This document shows, one piece after another, positions 28,384 to 37,239 of a stretch of DNA of 64,000 nucleotides (its first letter is position 1; every line of letters begins with the position of its first letter). The notes beneath the pieces were generated by a model. The model did no database searches. It was not told the DNA's origin and saw only the letters and a program-made list of their open reading frames with translations. The stretch is from a virus. Lineage: Duplodnaviria; Caudoviricetes. The position numbers were made by a program, and so were the translations under genes. The stretch lies in IMG/VR virus record IMGVR_UViG_3300010429_001449, one strand, 5' to 3'.

Positions 28384-28782
28384 ATGTCAACCGAAGACAA
28401 GGCCCTTGCAATCTACCGGATCAAGAAGACGGGCGGGCGCGTCGCGCTAATGCCAAACGTCTTTGGGCAGATTTTTATTGCACGTCTTGACCACGACGGC
28501 ATTCCGTCGGGGGCAACCGCCGACTTTACCCCTACGGCGCTCTCGTTGTTGAAGGAACAGCAAGCCAATGGGGGCATTGAATGGATCAAGACGCCGCAGA
28601 CACCATACGACGTATGGCATATCTGCACTTGCGAAGACTGTTGCCCGCCGTCCGCTGGCATTTACAAGGGTCGCTCGGGCGGCACAATCAAGACCCACTC
28701 GCAAGGCGACTGGGATTCACACTTGCGCGGCGTGGACAACAAAGACATAGGAACTTTCCCGACAATCCAGAATCGCACTTGA
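28384..28782 (+). CDS. Hypothetical protein
   Basis: AGGAG RBS; stop is the TGA of the next TTGACA. Confidence 0.75.
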   Translation: MSTEDKALAIYRIKKTGGRVALMPNVFGQIFIARLDHDGIPSGATADFTPTALSLLKEQQANGGIEWIKTPQTPYDVWHICTCEDCCPPSAGIYKGRSGGTIKTHSQGDWDSHLRGVDNKDIGTFPTIQNRT

Positions 28783-28847
28783 CATAACACGGCCTGCTGT
28801 TATAATAACAGTAGGAAGTCAACAGTCCTTTTGAGGAGAACAAGACC

Positions 28848-29018
28848 ATGAGACTCTTTGTTACGATTTCGCTGGACATTGCGGACGCGGACGATATTGA
28901 TCCGCAAGACATCGTGAACGAACTGGACTACGAAGTCAAACTTGCCGAAGGACACGGCGAGTTGCTCGATACAGAGATCACGGACTGGGCGAAAGACGAA
29001 CACGAGGACGAAAGATGA
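28848..29018 (+). CDS. 56-aa very acidic protein (not in ORF track)
   Basis: Cassette promoter 28779, TTTTGAGGAGA RBS; 19 of 56 residues are D/E. Confidence 0.8.
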   Translation: MRLFVTISLDIADADDIDPQDIVNELDYEVKLAEGHGELLDTEITDWAKDEHEDER

Positions 29019-29260
29019 GCTACAGAATCACCATCGGCGTCACAGAGGCGGGTACGCCGCTCTTCGGGGCGGATACCTGCCGCGCACACGGCGCGGTTAT
29101 GACGACCAAAGTCTACGGGAGCCAACTGGCGCACAGAGTCACCGTAAGGCTTCCCGACGGCGGCGTTGACATTGTGACGCCGACAGAGGCCGATAAACGC
29201 GGCCTGGCGGTTCTCGGAAGTTTCTACGCGCCGCCGGGGGCGCGAGGGAGATCGAGATGA
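29015..29260 (+). CDS. Hypothetical protein
   Basis: ATGA overlaps on both sides. Confidence 0.7.
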   Translation: MSYRITIGVTEAGTPLFGADTCRAHGAVMTTKVYGSQLAHRVTVRLPDGGVDIVTPTEADKRGLAVLGSFYAPPGARGRSR

Positions 29261-29619
29261 TGAAGTACTACGAAGGCTGGCGGACAGCACGCGATGAGGT
29301 AAAAGTCCGTGTTGTCTTGCTCTCTATGGAGCAAAAGACGCTGGAACGCAAGACGCTGCCCTTGCGCCTGGACTTGGTCAATCACAGCCCGACGGGCTTT
29401 GAGTGGGGCTACAACGGCAGCGGCCCGGCGCAACTCGCCATAGCGATACTAGCGGACGCTATTGGAGACGAGCAGGCTAAGGAATTTTACCAAGACTTCA
29501 AGAACCGCATCGTGGCTCGCCTGCCCCGCGACAAGTGGCAACTGACTGCGGCAGAAGTGATAGCGGACGTTGACGACATCAAGCAAGAACAGGCGTGGCA
29601 CGCCTGCACAGGAGACTAA
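29257..29619 (+). CDS. DUF6166-like protein
   Basis: LPLRLDLVNHSPTGFEWGYNGSGPAQLAIAILAD; family recalled from motif. Confidence 0.8.
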   Translation: MMKYYEGWRTARDEVKVRVVLLSMEQKTLERKTLPLRLDLVNHSPTGFEWGYNGSGPAQLAIAILADAIGDEQAKEFYQDFKNRIVARLPRDKWQLTAAEVIADVDDIKQEQAWHACTGD

Positions 29620-30555
29620 ATGCAGATCACCGAGAAAAATGTTTTTCCAATCTTCGAGGCAATCGCCGGGAGCAAGCTGTACGGAACGGACGGCCCGGAG
29701 AGCGACACCGACTGGCGCGGAGTGGTAATCCCGCCGGTTCAGGTCTATTTCGGCACACAGCGGTTCGAGCAGATCGAGACGAAGAAGCCCGACCGAGTCC
29801 TGTACGCGATTGATAAAGCCGTGAAGCTCGTCGAGGCATGCAACCCGAACATGATCGAACTGCTGTACACGCCGCCCCAGCATGTCAAGTTCTGTCATCC
29901 ACACTGGCAACGGATGATCGATAACCGTCATCTGTTCCTGAGCAAGAAGGCGCGGCACACATTCTCCGGCTACGCCTTCTCCCAACTCCAACGCATCAAG
30001 CTGCATCTGCGCTGGCTTGGGGGGCCGCCGACAAAGCCCGACCGCGCCGCTATGGGCCTCAACCCGCACGGCAGCGAGTTCCCCGAAGATCATCTCAAGG
30101 CTCTGAGCATCCTGCCGAGAGAACTAATCCGCGAGGAAGACCGGGAGCGCGTCCGCCAGGAACTTGCCTACAGCGCGGCAATCCGAGAGTGGCAGGACTA
30201 CCAGAAATGGTTGAAGGAGAGAAACCCGTCGCGCCTGAAACTCGAACAGGAGTACGGGTTCGACCTAAAACACGCCCTGCACCTCGTCCGGCTCTTGAGG
30301 ATGGGCGTAGAGATTCTGACCATAGGAGAAGTCATCGTTGACCGCCGAGGGCGGGACGCAGACGAACTGAAAGCCATCTTGCGCGGGTCAATGACCTACG
30401 ATCAGATCATCGCCTACGCACAAGATATGGACGCCAAGCTGGGAGAACTTTATGAAACCAGCACGTTGCGCCACGAGCCGGACCACGCGGGCATAGAAGC
30501 CCTGCTTCTGTCCGTGTTCGAGGAACACTACGGCATCCGCGTCAGACGCGATTGA
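29620..30555 (+). CDS. Pol-beta superfamily nucleotidyltransferase (RlaP/YcgL-like)
   Basis: GSKLYGTDGPESDTDWRG (GS..DxD), NPNMIELL, FDLKHALHLVRLL. Confidence 0.88.
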   Translation: MQITEKNVFPIFEAIAGSKLYGTDGPESDTDWRGVVIPPVQVYFGTQRFEQIETKKPDRVLYAIDKAVKLVEACNPNMIELLYTPPQHVKFCHPHWQRMIDNRHLFLSKKARHTFSGYAFSQLQRIKLHLRWLGGPPTKPDRAAMGLNPHGSEFPEDHLKALSILPRELIREEDRERVRQELAYSAAIREWQDYQKWLKERNPSRLKLEQEYGFDLKHALHLVRLLRMGVEILTIGEVIVDRRGRDADELKAILRGSMTYDQIIAYAQDMDAKLGELYETSTLRHEPDHAGIEALLLSVFEEHYGIRVRRD

Positions 30556-30574
30556 AAATCCGTCGAGTCGCTGC

Positions 30575-30634
30575 GCAAAAAATTATGCTTAAAAGTGTGT
30601 AAAGTTTCGCACACTTTTAAGCATATTTTTTTGC
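30575..30634. repeat. 60-bp AT-rich inverted repeat element, copy 2
   Basis: GCAAAAAATTATGCTTAAAAGTGTGT-N8-GCACACTTTTAAGCATATTTTTTTGC; same CTGC/TTAG flanks as copy 1. Confidence 0.92.
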
Positions 30635-30680
30635 TTAGGAAAGAAACGGGGGCGGGCCGCAATGGTCCGCCCCCTGTTTG

Positions 30681-31964
30681 TTACTCGCCGTCCAGCAGCT
30701 TGGCCAGCGCTGCGGCGTCGGGCGTCGCGCCCTTCAAGAAGTCCTTGTGGGCGTCTTGTCCGCCGCCCAAGACTCGTTGCAGCCAAGAGCCTACCTTAGC
30801 CTTCGGCTTGGCCGGGCGCGTTCCGTCATCGCTGGCCGTCCAGAATTCTTCCCACGCCAGCTTGACGGGCTTCTTCTCGTGGGCGGGGCAATCGGCGGCA
30901 GCCAGGCCAACCAGTACGTCGAGCGTCGTAGTGTCTACTACGACAGTTTGCAGCGTAATGGCGTTGCCTACCGTGCCGACGATCTCCCACATATCGTAAA
31001 GGTCGAGACGGTCATTGTCCGTCATCTGCGTCATGTAGGAAGCAAGTTCTCTCATTGTCGCGGACAAATGGGAGAGCCGTCCACACGCGCCTTGATCTAC
31101 CCGCGCCTGAAAAGAGTTCGTGCAGGCAAGCCACGTCTCCCCGACGTTCGGCAGACGGCGCGTTACGCCGTCGTCGTGGGTGCGGTCGTCGTCGTACTCA
31201 AGGACGCAAGCGCCTGTGCGCCCGGCGACGTGCAGGCTACTCCCGCGAATGGTCGGGTAGCGGCGCAGCGCGTCCGCCGCGTTAGCGGTGAAGCGCGGGC
31301 CGTTGTCCACGTCCTGCAGAAGGGCTTGGAACGCCACTTGGCGGGAAACGTACTGACGGTTCCGCTTCTGCTTACAAGCCCAAGCGTCGTGAACCATCGC
31401 GGCCACACCGTTCGCGGAGAACCCGGTATAACAACCCAGTGCGCCGGGCCAGCAGAAGCTAACCCACGCTGTTCCGTCCTTCGGCTTGCGGGCGATAACA
31501 ACATGATTCCGCGTGCAAGTGTCGAAAGGCATGTAGTCCAGATTCCGCGCAAGCAGAGTATGGCCGTCCCGCGTAATACTGCCCCACGCGGAGACGCTGG
31601 AACAACCCAGACCCGTCCACTCGCTGTAGGTGTTGACCGCCCACAAGTCGAGCAGGCCGATCTCCCGACCCAGCGCAGCGATCTTTCGCTTGGCGGGCGG
31701 GAGCGCGTCTTGCAATCCCTTAAGCAGTCCTACGGCCTCTGCCTTAGCCCAAGCAGGAGCTATCAACCGACGCTGGCAAGCCCGCAGCACGTTTTGGTAC
31801 TGCAAGCCCCCGACGCCGATAAGCTCGGACACGCCGTCCATTATCTCTTGGGCGAGCAGATAGCCGTGGGCGTAACCCATATCTTCCGGAGTGCCCCACA
31901 CCCGTAGGATGCGGATGCCCTTCCGGTGATAGATCACACCGTTGAGCTTCTTCTCGTCTGTCAT
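30681..31964 (-). CDS. Peptidase C45 family (Ntn-hydrolase; acyl-CoA:6-APA acyltransferase-like)
   Basis: GTPEDMGYAHG, autocleavage G|CSS, GHTLLARNLDY, ACTN. Confidence 0.85.
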   Translation of the reverse strand: MTDEKKLNGVIYHRKGIRILRVWGTPEDMGYAHGYLLAQEIMDGVSELIGVGGLQYQNVLRACQRRLIAPAWAKAEAVGLLKGLQDALPPAKRKIAALGREIGLLDLWAVNTYSEWTGLGCSSVSAWGSITRDGHTLLARNLDYMPFDTCTRNHVVIARKPKDGTAWVSFCWPGALGCYTGFSANGVAAMVHDAWACKQKRNRQYVSRQVAFQALLQDVDNGPRFTANAADALRRYPTIRGSSLHVAGRTGACVLEYDDDRTHDDGVTRRLPNVGETWLACTNSFQARVDQGACGRLSHLSATMRELASYMTQMTDNDRLDLYDMWEIVGTVGNAITLQTVVVDTTTLDVLVGLAAADCPAHEKKPVKLAWEEFWTASDDGTRPAKPKAKVGSWLQRVLGGGQDAHKDFLKGATPDAAALAKLLDGE

Positions 31965-32116
31965 CGTCTTGTCTCCAAAAAGGTTTGGTTCGATCTCCTA
32001 CTGTTATTATAACAGCAAGAACACGAGTGTCAAGAGTCTTTCGGGGATTAAATGGAAGCGGGCATTGTGCTGTCTAAAAGCACAATGCCCTAGTAGAGAA
32101 TGGGTTGTTGTTCGCC

Positions 32117-32392
32117 CTACGCCGGAAGCGGGGGCTTTGCCGCCGCCTGTTTCAAGACGGCGAGCAGCTTTTGCATGGTCTTGCGCGGGGCGCGGAGAAA
32201 CATGGGGGAGCCGTCCCGCGACTTTGCCGACCGCACGTGTATTGCGATCTCCGGCGAGTCGTGGTCATCAGGGTCGACGTAGACCTCGATATGATCCGCC
32301 TGGAAAAATCCGTTGCGACCCCAGCCTTCCACGCCAAGACCCTTTACGTCAATCCGCTTCGCGTCTTCGTGAAACCTGATTCTGTCAACCAT
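32117..32392 (-). CDS. Hypothetical protein
   Basis: Cassette promoter/RBS. Confidence 0.8.
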   Translation of the reverse strand: MVDRIRFHEDAKRIDVKGLGVEGWGRNGFFQADHIEVYVDPDDHDSPEIAIHVRSAKSRDGSPMFLRAPRKTMQKLLAVLKQAAAKPPLPA

Positions 32393-32464
32393 CTTTCTGT
32401 CTCCACAAAAGGTTTGTTGAACTGTCCTACTGTTATTATAACAGCAGGGCAGCCGATGTCAAGA

Positions 32465-32779
32465 CTACTTCCGTCTCTTTTTCCGTCCCCGCCAGTGTTT
32501 CTTTTTCTTGCTCCCGGCGAGACGGTCGATATCGTCGCGTATGCGGTCTTGGGTTGCGCCCTTCTGCGCGTCGTTCGCGCTTTGTCCGGCGGCTATCTCA
32601 TCTTGGAAGAGGCGTTGTTCTATCTGGAAGCAAGGGGAGCAGTAGCCTACCCAAACGACGTTATTGGGGGAGCTTCCCTCCACTACCTCACCCACAACGC
32701 GCCAATCCTGTTTGGCTTGGCCGATATGGGCGTAGTGGTCTTGTCGATCACAACGCATACAATGAATGACGACGCTCAT
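32465..32779 (-). CDS. Hypothetical protein with CxxC pairs and basic tail
   Basis: CMRC..CSPC; start uncertain. Confidence 0.55.
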   Translation of the reverse strand: MSVVIHCMRCDRQDHYAHIGQAKQDWRVVGEVVEGSSPNNVVWVGYCSPCFQIEQRLFQDEIAAGQSANDAQKGATQDRIRDDIDRLAGSKKKKHWRGRKKRRK

Positions 32780-32844
32780 GTTAATGGCAGACAGCCCGAC
32801 GGGGGAAGGTCCACCCCGCCGGGCGTCTGCACCTTTCGTGGAGA

Positions 32845-33447
32845 TCACTCCGAAAAATCCCAGCCGCAATTACGGCAGCGGTAATGAGTCACTTTGCCCA
32901 GCTTACCCAAGACGACGCCGGGGCCTCCGCACTTCGGGCAATCGGGCACAACGTCGTCGTCATCGTCGTCGTTCACGCCTTGCGGGGCGCAATCGTCACA
33001 GTAGCCGGTACACTTGTCTTCCTCTTCGTTTGTGAGATCGTTGCCGCAGACAATGCACCGCGCATCTTCCTCATCGTCATCCGTTCCGGCAAGGAAGTAT
33101 TCCCGGACAACTTTCGGGCCGGGACTCCCGCGATCCAAGTCGCGCAGAGCGCAAGCCGCCCGCGCATCGCCCGGCGTGTCGTACTGAGCAACGGCGTCGT
33201 TGCGCGTGTCTATGACCTGCACTTGAACCGCCGTAACACAGTGAACCGCCACGACTTCCCCACAGTCCGTAACGACTATGACGCGGGGTATTTCTCTGCC
33301 CTTGCAATCGCAAGGCCCGGCGTCTGTCACGGCGTCCAAAATGGTACTGATGTTGGAGCGCATTTCCTCCAGGCTCTCCGGAGAGCCGTCATACGCTTCC
33401 GTCCATTCCCTTATTTCCTTCAATGCTTCTTTCGCGGTCAGTTTCAT
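32845..33447 (-). CDS. Multi-zinc-ribbon protein
   Basis: CIVC, CDDC, CPKC, CRNC; cassette promoter/RBS. Confidence 0.8.
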   Translation of the reverse strand: MKLTAKEALKEIREWTEAYDGSPESLEEMRSNISTILDAVTDAGPCDCKGREIPRVIVVTDCGEVVAVHCVTAVQVQVIDTRNDAVAQYDTPGDARAACALRDLDRGSPGPKVVREYFLAGTDDDEEDARCIVCGNDLTNEEEDKCTGYCDDCAPQGVNDDDDDDVVPDCPKCGGPGVVLGKLGKVTHYRCRNCGWDFSE

Positions 33448-33521
33448 CTTTGTCTCTCCACAAAAGGCTGTCAGACTGTCCTACTGTTATTATAACAGCA
33501 GGACAGTCTATGTCAAGTCCT

Positions 33522-33890
33522 TTAATCCCACCACAGGCGCAACGCGCCGTTCTCTATGTCGGACTCGTCGGCGTGAAGCGCCTTAGCCTTGTCCGCAACC
33601 TTGCGGAGCAGGGCGGGGTTGCCGCGCCCGTAGAGAACAACCGAGAACTCGCGCCCGACGTGCCAGACAAGCTCGTCGTCGGGATCGAGGGCCACGATTT
33701 CGCGGGCAACGACTTCCGGATAGAATTCGTTGTAGCCGCCGATACGAGAAAGGACGCGCCCCAAACAACTTGTTGGAACGCCGCGCCTGACCGCCCACCC
33801 ATAGATCGGGAACTCCCGGCGGTCGCCGTAGTAACCGGCACTTACCACACGAACACCATCACGTAAAGCGTGACTTGCTACAGTAGGCAT
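33522..33890 (-). CDS. Hypothetical protein
   Basis: Cassette promoter/RBS; C-terminal ADE..LRLWWD. Confidence 0.8.
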   Translation of the reverse strand: MPTVASHALRDGVRVVSAGYYGDRREFPIYGWAVRRGVPTSCLGRVLSRIGGYNEFYPEVVAREIVALDPDDELVWHVGREFSVVLYGRGNPALLRKVADKAKALHADESDIENGALRLWWD

Positions 33891-33960
33891 CTTTCGAGTC
33901 TCCACAAAAGGTTTGTTCTGTCCTACCTTTATTATAACAGCACGACGGCCTATGTCAAGA

Positions 33961-34446
33961 CTATTTCTTGAGGCGTTGCTTGTGCAGAGCCATGAGATAG
34001 GCGCTCAGGAGAGGGCCGCGCACCACGTCGTCCAATTTAGCGCGGGTGAGGGAGCTTTCGACGGCTGATACAGGCAGACTCGCGTAGTCCCCTTCTCCGT
34101 TACCGTGGCGGGCGGCTACGCTCTGGTGGTCCGGGCTGATATAGAGATAGAGATCATACGCTTCTTTCGTACCGTCGCTGCGATAGTACGAAGAGTCTGT
34201 GCTGCCGAGATACACGAATCCAGTAGCCTTACAGCCGGGCGTCGCCCAACGAGGCGGGCGGTCAACAACCGCGTCGAGATGGGGCTGCGCCAACTCCACG
34301 AAATTGAGCATGTAAAACGTGCGGTGGATCGCGAGTACCGCGTCATCAACCGCTGCCGTCCCTTGATCATCATCTCTGGGAACTACCGCCCAGTAAATCG
34401 TCTCTACAGCCTTGAGGGCCTTCGTCAGTTCCTCTCTTACACCCAT
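33961..34446 (-). CDS. Hypothetical protein, paralog 1
   Basis: FVYLG..YDLYL..ARHGNGEGDYAS..GPLL. Confidence 0.85.
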   Translation of the reverse strand: MGVREELTKALKAVETIYWAVVPRDDDQGTAAVDDAVLAIHRTFYMLNFVELAQPHLDAVVDRPPRWATPGCKATGFVYLGSTDSSYYRSDGTKEAYDLYLYISPDHQSVAARHGNGEGDYASLPVSAVESSLTRAKLDDVVRGPLLSAYLMALHKQRLKK

Positions 34447-34505
34447 TGCCGTCTCTCCACAAAAGGGGTTGTTCTGTCCTACCTTTATTATAACGGCAGC
34501 AACGG

Positions 34506-34970
34506 CTATGTCAAGAGATTTCTTTCGAGAGCAACGAGAAAGGCGGTCAGCAAGGGGCCTTGCACGGCGTTTGCCAGATTGACTTCTGTAAGTGATCGCC
34601 GGATTATCTTGGCGGACATACTCTCGTACTCCCCCGCGCCATTACCGAAACGGGCAAAAATCGTTTGGTGGTCAGCGCCATTAACAAGGTACAGATCGTA
34701 AATGACTTGCGTCCTATAAAGGCCGCTACGCGCCCTACCGAGAAAAACGAACTGCTCCTCTCGTTCGGGACGCCAACGGAAACACTCGCCGGGCAGACGC
34801 GCAGCAAGAGCCGCGTCTCTCAACTCTCGCACATTGAGAGCAAAGAAAGCCTCCAGCATCGCGTTTTCCGCAACGTCAAGGGCCTTCTTCGCGTCTTCGT
34901 TCTGAGACAAATCAAGCGTCCAACGAACGCGCTCTAAAGTCTGTCGCGCCGCGCATAACTGTTCTCGCAT
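34506..34970 (-). CDS. Hypothetical protein, paralog 2
   Basis: FVFLG..YDLYL..ARFGNGAGEYES..GPLL. Confidence 0.85.
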   Translation of the reverse strand: MREQLCAARQTLERVRWTLDLSQNEDAKKALDVAENAMLEAFFALNVRELRDAALAARLPGECFRWRPEREEQFVFLGRARSGLYRTQVIYDLYLVNGADHQTIFARFGNGAGEYESMSAKIIRRSLTEVNLANAVQGPLLTAFLVALERNLLT

Positions 34971-35030
34971 GACATTCCTCCTTTGAACCTATCTGTATTA
35001 TAACAGCGGTGGAGAAAGTGTCAAGAGTCT

Positions 35031-35465
35031 TTATTCGACAGATTCGCCTTTTTCGTCAACGGCGGAGGTGATAGTCTGGCCGCGTCCTTGTCCTTTGCGC
35101 GAATCATAGAGAAATAGGACGGGCTTATGCACTTTGACGCACTCGGTAGCTAGGACGGCGAGCAGGAGGTTGACTAAGGTCGGTTTATCAAACGGCCCGC
35201 TGGGGAGATCGCGGCCACGCCGCCAGTCTTCACCGGCGCGGGGCTTGCGGGAGCGCACGGAGCAACTGATGCTACCCGTCTCGACCTGGCCGCACGGAGG
35301 TATTAGCGTGAACACGTACTCGTTAACATCGGTAAAGAGGTGGAAACGGATACGCCCGCGCCGCGAATCAACGTAGGAGAGATCGTTGGCGCGGCAACCG
35401 ACCCGATTGAAAAAGTCCGGGGGGAACCACGATAGGAAAAGTTCCAGGCTTTCGTCGAGAGTCAT
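35031..35465 (-). CDS. Hypothetical phage protein
   Basis: AGGAG RBS; RKPRAGEDWRRGRDLPSG. Confidence 0.75.
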   Translation of the reverse strand: MTLDESLELFLSWFPPDFFNRVGCRANDLSYVDSRRGRIRFHLFTDVNEYVFTLIPPCGQVETGSISCSVRSRKPRAGEDWRRGRDLPSGPFDKPTLVNLLLAVLATECVKVHKPVLFLYDSRKGQGRGQTITSAVDEKGESVE

Positions 35466-35603
35466 GGGAAATACTCCTTTTGGGCGTAACGCCGTATTGA
35501 AAATAATAGCCCAGGGCGGGGGCGGTGTCCAGTTAAACACCGAAAGCCCCGTCGGCGGGGCTTCGGTGGCCTTTGTGGAGGATTCTATACTCCCCCGGTA
35601 ATC

Positions 35604-36026
35604 TCAGAAAGGCGGCTCCTCACGAGCAACAGGCGGCGTCGCAACCGCAAGGCCGTGCCGGAGAAAGAGTTGATGCTTTTCCTCTGCCACGTCCAGACAC
35701 CCGTCGTAACGGGCGCGGATAAGCTCTGCCGCGACATGCCAGAGCGCGTCGGCCAGTCGCCAGAGCGTCCTTTCCTCAAGACTCGGGTCGATGTCAACCA
35801 GAGCAAGCGTCTCTCCCGCATGAACCACGCGCAGCGCGATTACAGGGGGCGTCTCGGAAGGCTCTTCGTCCCAAAACGGGCAGACAAACACAGCCTGAGA
35901 CAACTCGGCAACCGTCGGATGATCCGGCAGGTACGCAGAGTGCCAAACGCGCTCCTCGCCGTCCGCGCCAGGCGTGGTCACAACCACTTCCATGTTGAAG
36001 GTGTCAGCGATATGTACGTGCGGCAT
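35604..36026 (-). CDS. Hypothetical protein
   Basis: ATG overlaps the TAA of an 11-codon leader ORF (36026-36061). Confidence 0.7.
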   Translation of the reverse strand: MPHVHIADTFNMEVVVTTPGADGEERVWHSAYLPDHPTVAELSQAVFVCPFWDEEPSETPPVIALRVVHAGETLALVDIDPSLEERTLWRLADALWHVAAELIRARYDGCLDVAEEKHQLFLRHGLAVATPPVAREEPPF

Positions 36027-36136
36027 TAGTTGCCCCCTTCCTCTGTGAGCGTCTTGGTCATTTTCTGTCTCCACAAAAAGGTTTGTTCTATCCTACCTTT
36101 ATTATAACAGCAGGACAGCCAGTGTCAAGGGGAGGT

Positions 36137-36508
36137 TTAACCTAGTTCGGTTGCGTCCACGACACCATCAACCGACACTACAGCACTGCACAAGTGCCAT
36201 TGCAAAGTGCCCATCTTAATCTTGTAAGCCTTACAGAAGAGTTTGACACGATCATACACACCGGCGAGATCGCCCAAATCAAACACGGAAGGGTCAACGA
36301 CAGCGCTCTCCGACGTCGACACGCGGCAATGCGACTTGTCCAGCAAGACGCAGAGACGACCCACATGGTCGCTGTGCAAGATGCCCACACAGATATCATC
36401 CCCGACGGGATAACACCCTATATCCGACTGGTAGTAGTTCAGCGCTTTCACGCTGGCCGCGTCAGTCACAAAGAAACCAAAGAACAATGTCGCGTAACTT
36501 TTCTGCAT
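36137..36508 (-). CDS. Hypothetical protein
   Basis: Promoter 36552 and AGGAGA RBS. Confidence 0.75.
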   Translation of the reverse strand: MQKSYATLFFGFFVTDAASVKALNYYQSDIGCYPVGDDICVGILHSDHVGRLCVLLDKSHCRVSTSESAVVDPSVFDLGDLAGVYDRVKLFCKAYKIKMGTLQWHLCSAVVSVDGVVDATELG

Positions 36509-36651
36509 GGCTTTGTCTCTCCTACTGCTATTATAACCGCGCAACCGTCTATGTCAAGTCTTATTCAGAAAATATTTATCCCCTCTTGACAGAGGCCGCG
36601 CCGCCGTTATAATAAAAGTAGATTCAACTAACCTTTTGTGGAGACAGGACA

Positions 36652-36951
36652 ATGACGAAAGCGAAGCGACGCAAGACGGACCTCTTTCACACGCTCAAGG
36701 ACTACTACCTTGAGGGTCAGTGGTTCCTTGACCGCGTAGGCAATCTGTACATCGTGCCCGCAACCTACGCATCGTGCCAACCGATAATCGGCCCCGGCGA
36801 TGACGACGCCCGCGTCATCGAAGCCCTGGAAGAATCCCGCGCCGCCAATGACGGCGAAGTCACGGAAAGCGTCATGCTCGACTGGGATTTGCTCCCCATA
36901 GGACCAGACGTGCGCCGATTCTCCGAACAGCGGGGTTATTTCTATCTTTAA
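36652..36951 (+). CDS. Hypothetical protein
   Basis: Cassette promoter/RBS. Confidence 0.8.
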   Translation: MTKAKRRKTDLFHTLKDYYLEGQWFLDRVGNLYIVPATYASCQPIIGPGDDDARVIEALEESRAANDGEVTESVMLDWDLLPIGPDVRRFSEQRGYFYL

Positions 36952-37023
36952 CCCTTGACATAGGGCGTCCTGCTGTTATAATAACAGTAGGATAGAACAA
37001 ACCTTTTTGTGGAGAACAAAGCA

Positions 37024-37221
37024 ATGACGAAAGAAACGACCGTCAAAGAGACGACCGCCAACGACAGGCTGATAGCCGCCGCGCCGGACCTGCTGGAAGC
37101 GTGTAAGCTGGCTTACGCGGCGCTGAAGCCCGGTGATGTTCGCAAGGACTTCAGCGGACACGTTGCGAAAGCCGCTCTGGGCAATGCAATCTACAAGGCG
37201 GAAGGGAAAATACCTCAGTAA
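37024..37221 (+). CDS. Small phage protein (ANxRLIAAAPDLL motif)
   Basis: Motif common in small phage proteins; cassette promoter/RBS. Confidence 0.8.
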   Translation: MTKETTVKETTANDRLIAAAPDLLEACKLAYAALKPGDVRKDFSGHVAKAALGNAIYKAEGKIPQ

Positions 37222-37239
37222 CCTTTTTGGAGAGAGACA

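Noticed and set aside
406-30560. TGATAATC as Fur boxes
   Set aside because: Only a half-site resemblance; no 19-bp Fur palindrome, sites mostly do not overlap promoters, and strand polarity is unexplained by Fur
30678-31907. Long antisense ORFs (also 56703-57695, 58265-59302, 59964-60896)
   Set aside because: Shadows of well-supported genes on the opposite strand in GC-rich DNA
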